NCBI GenBank assembly: GCA_054661495.1
Contig: BAAFSQ010000304.1
Location: forward strand, 1-11,756
From: Zygophlyctis sp. KS116
Taxonomy: Eukaryota > Fungi > Chytridiomycota
DNA length: 11,756 nt
Reading direction: 5' to 3'
Under the pieces are notes generated by a model, which saw nothing but the letters and a program-made list of their open reading frames with translations, was not told where the DNA came from and made no database searches. Position 1 is the first letter of the stretch, and every line of letters begins with the position of its first letter. The position numbers and the translations under genes are program-made. Below are positions 8,245 through 11,756 of the stretch, piece after piece.

Positions 8245-10214
8245 ATGTCCGGAATTAATGGTAAAACTGGAGCTCAAAGGTCTAGAAATTCTCTAAATGT
8301 TAAAGACTCATTAAATCCGTCGTTTAATGCTCCTGAAATTACTAGATCTAAATCTATAAAAAGAGGTTCAATGCTAATGATACCAAAAGTAGTTGCAGTT
8401 CCAGATTCGGACGCTTTTTATCGTAATGGAGATCAAGACTTTATCAAAAAAGTATCTGAAAGATTTATTAATTTTAATCAATCGGATAGAGTTAATTTAA
8501 TCATATCACTGTTTAAAATATGCGATCCTACTGAATTAACAATTCTTGGTTATAAGATTCCCAAATTACATCGAAATTACTTGGAACTTTTTCCTGCTCA
8601 TATTAATTATATGATTCTAACATATATACAACCAAAAGATTTTTGTACAGTGGTTTGTGTATCAAAGACTTGGGCTAAAATAGCTACAGATATTAAGGCT
8701 TGGGAAACAATCTATAGTAGATTGGGTATTTTAATTCAAAATTAAATTTAGGACTTTTAAATATGGTTAGTAATTGTTACTCACCAGAGCTTCCAATGAT
8801 TGCGAATGCTAAAAGATTATATGCGCTTAGAAATTGGTCAAAAGGAGTTTTCACGCTTAAACATATTCGAGCTCATCCACTTGGAATTTTATGCATTGCT
8901 TTTGATGGGAAATTGGTTGCAGTATGTTTTTTAATCCTTAATTTAGACTGGATCTGTAGATCGTACATGTCGAATTTTTGATGTAAGGACTGGAAAACGT
9001 CTACATTCTTTAAGTGGTCATGAACAAGTAAGTATTTTACACCTTATTTTTAGAAATTATTTTCTGTGGCTCTAAATGGAAATCGTGTTTATACTGGGTC
9101 CTCAGATCAAACTATAAATATTTGGGATTTAGATGATAATGGAAGACTTATCGGGACGCTTACGGGTCATGATGGGACAATCACTTGTTTAAAATCACAA
9201 GGAAATCTATTATTTTCAGCATCCGATGACAAAACAGTTCGAATATGGGATGTAAGTAATCAGTCTCTCAAGGCTATGGATTTTAATTTTAAATTTGCTG
9301 CTGGTTTATCAGAAGAGACACCCGCTTCGGGGCTAGTTACAGATTCAAGGCCGATTTCGCGAGGTTTGAAAAGGCATCCCTGTCTTTTAAGAGTCTTGCA
9401 TGGACATTGCGCTGCCGTTAGATCGATTGATATAAATCAAAATGTATTAATTTCTGGGGATATTTATGGAACTGTTAGAATATGGCATGTAGATAGTGGA
9501 AATTGCTTAGCAAAGATGTATATTCATCCAGATGGAAAACATGAAATGGAAGTTTTAGATTTATTATCAATTGGTTTGGATCGTCCAAAGATCTTATCCA
9601 AGGCAGCAACAGACCCAATAACTGCAATTCAGTAAGTTACTAGTATATAACCCTTTTAGATATACAGGTACTCGACTTGTAATAGCTACATTTACTGGAA
9701 ATGCATTCATTTACAAAATTCAACCTTTTGAAGTCAATTCACCGCAAAGTAAAGCTACTTACACAAACTTGAGGAGTTGGATTTATTCAAATTCTACTAT
9801 CTCTCTCTATTCCAAGCATAAAATCGATTCCTTGTCTGAAAAGAAAAAGAATATAGATACTTGGGCGTTGTGTGCCCACAGTGACTCATGGAGGTTGATG
9901 CTAGGCGGTTCAGAAGGAGTAAGATTCATATTTAATAATTTATTTAGCATTGTACACTTTGGAATCATCAAAATCAAAAAATTCTGTATGAATTAAAGGG
10001 AAACACGATCGATAATGGCAGTGGCTCAGTTCAATTAGAAGTTGGTGAGTATTATGGAGGCAGCCCATTAGATCCATCTTTTGAATCTATTAAAGAATCT
10101 GGAACCCAAGTAGATCGTACGATTACAGGTGTTTCATTTGATGATCATTTTATTGTTGCAGGAGGCATGGACGGCGTCATTAGAATCTGGGAAGCAGCTG
10201 TCAAAATAAGATAA
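8245..10214 (+). CDS. F-box/WD40-repeat protein (SCF substrate receptor, Cdc4/Met30/beta-TrCP-like architecture), ~611 aa, 6 exons
   Basis: F-box LFPAHINYMILTYIQPKDFCTVVCVSKTW. WD repeats TGSVDRTCRIFD, TGSSDQTINIWD, GHDGTITCL...SASDDKTVRIWD and AGGMDGVIRIWE. Introns 8726-8751, 8922-8946, 9028-9053, 9632-9659 and 9919-9947. Confidence 0.92.
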
Positions 10215-10222
10215 CTTTTAAA

Positions 10223-10915
10223 ATGCCAAAATATTTGACAGAGAAACAAAAGCTGGAATTTAAAAGAGATGGATTTATAATTATTCGTCAAATTATACCA
10301 AACAAACTTATCATTTTTGCTCTAAAAACGATAAACACTAAATTGGGAGAATCTGCATCCTCTTGTTATTCTGATCTTGGAGAATTCAGACCAGATACAC
10401 AATGTCACCACCAAGACATTGTCAATCTTCTTTATAAAAGCCCATTATTCGAAATCTTGAATGAATTATTTGGACATGGAAAAGTTGGAAAACCTGCTAG
10501 CGCACAAGTTGCTCTTAAATTTCCTTCAACTTGTTCCTCAAATGAAAATTGGCATATTGATGGAAATGGGGAGCTTCTTCCATTCAATCTTTTAGCCGGA
10601 ATTTCATTATCCGATCAACAATCTGGAGGTGGGTGTCTTTTCGGATATCCTGGTAGTCATTTCAAAGTACAAGAAAATTTCAGCAAACTTGAGCAATTAA
10701 AATTGAAATCGCCTTTTGAAATCATTTTAAATGCAGGTGATATAGTCCTTATGCATCAAATGACTGCTCACTTTGTTGGATCTAATCTCTTACATCAGAT
10801 CCGATATCAGGTTTATTTCAGAATTTGGCATCAAGATTTGGAAAAACATAGGAAAGAAGGATTACAGGATTTATTTAGATTTTTCAAAGATTTGTCAAAT
10901 AAATCTAAAAATTAA
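10223..10915 (+). CDS. Phytanoyl-CoA dioxygenase (PhyH)-like Fe(II)/2-oxoglutarate oxygenase, 230 aa, intronless
   Basis: LTEKQKLEFKRDGFIIIR N-terminus, HxD (WHIDG), PGSH, LNAGDIVLMH, distal His (TAH) and Arg (IRYQVYFR). Confidence 0.85.
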   Translation: MPKYLTEKQKLEFKRDGFIIIRQIIPNKLIIFALKTINTKLGESASSCYSDLGEFRPDTQCHHQDIVNLLYKSPLFEILNELFGHGKVGKPASAQVALKFPSTCSSNENWHIDGNGELLPFNLLAGISLSDQQSGGGCLFGYPGSHFKVQENFSKLEQLKLKSPFEIILNAGDIVLMHQMTAHFVGSNLLHQIRYQVYFRIWHQDLEKHRKEGLQDLFRFFKDLSNKSKN

Positions 10916-10946
10916 AAAACTGATAGAGTTATGAGATGCAAGATTC

Positions 10947-11598
10947 TTATTCATTCATTGAATAATCAAGGCTTTCAAAATTTCCAATAGTGCGAGCAAA
11001 ACTTGTCCACTCTCCTGGTGATACAAATACACGATAATCTAAATACTTTAAGAATTCTTTTTCCATCTGATTTACTTGATCAAGATCAAAAAATCCATCC
11101 GATGCTTTTGCCCATGACTTGTTATCATACGTATCATCCGACATTGTTTTTGAAGCAATTAAAATAGACGCCAACAATAGCCGATGTCCGGAAGATCCAG
11201 ATCCTTTACAACTAGGATTTAATACTTTTAATCTGTTAATTAAGACCAATGCAGTAATGATAGTAGAGCCTGATATTTTGGTACTTTGAATTACTCTTCC
11301 TAAAAATGTTGAGACTGTAATTATTGACTCATTTGGTCGATATGCTGAATCATAAAATAGACTATTTAGCATTATTCTTGCGTATTCTGCAATTAGATTG
11401 TATAGAAATACCAATTATATGTTCTATATTTTCACTAAGATACTCAATACTATCCACTTTAGGCTCACAAACACCAAACCCATTGTATGAAAACACTATT
11501 TGACCATTCGCATCTCTTACATAATAAACGAGTGGCTTTGAAAGAGCTTTAATTTTTGGCTGATTAGACTCCTGAACTGATAAATATGATCCGTTCAT
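10947..11598 (-). CDS. Pho80/Pcl-like cyclin, ~208 aa, 2 exons
   Basis: ALVLINRL, HRLLLASILIASKTMSDDTYDNKSWA, VNQMEKEFLKYLDYRV. Intron 11387-11411 (GTATTT...CTAATTGCAG) joins the two ORF-track fragments. Confidence 0.9.
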
Positions 11599-11756
11599 TT
11601 ATCAAAGATTGTCCGATATTGAATTGCAAAAGTTTCGGACTTTTCGATTCCACTATCTGCTTGATGCTGGGCTCAAATTTTTTTTTAACAACGGAAAATT
11701 ATATTTATTTAATAAATTTAAATTCCGAGACATTATATTGAATGCCGATGGTCTCT

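Noticed and set aside
9252-9272. Possible stopless 21-nt intron GTAAGT...CAAG in the F-box gene
   Set aside because: Shorter than any supported intron and not needed for the frame. It cannot be decided without RNA-seq.
11742-11756. ATG CCG ATG GTC TCT as the start of the next + strand gene
   Set aside because: Only 5 codons are visible. It is plausible for a divergent arrangement but unsupported.
1-11756. CRISPR arrays, transposons, tRNA/rRNA, or a functional gene cluster
   Set aside because: None seen. The genes are functionally unrelated housekeeping loci, apart from the loose nuclear-envelope link among NUP170, ULP1 and VTA1, which may be chance.

Overview
AT-rich, extremely compact eukaryotic genomic DNA, most likely from a flagellated (zoosporic, chytrid-grade) fungus. 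That lineage is inferred from fungal-type proteins plus an axonemal DRC8/EFCAB2 gene. The fragmented ORF track is explained by 38 tiny GT-AG spliceosomal introns of 23-31 nt, which I spliced by hand into 8 intact genes: a secreted Cys-rich repeat protein (-, runs off the left edge), NUP170/NUP155 (+, 20 introns), DRC8/EFCAB2 (-), a Ulp1-type SUMO protease (-), VTA1 (-), an F-box/WD40 protein (+), an intronless PhyH-like 2OG-Fe(II) dioxygenase (+) and a Pho80/Pcl-like cyclin (-). The most notable observations are the ultra-short introns with degenerate signals, operon-like gaps of 8-22 nt between co-oriented genes, a possible in-frame VTA1-ULP1 splice fusion, a GC-rich ~100-nt structured element in a divergent promoter (candidate ncRNA) and recurring promoter motifs.
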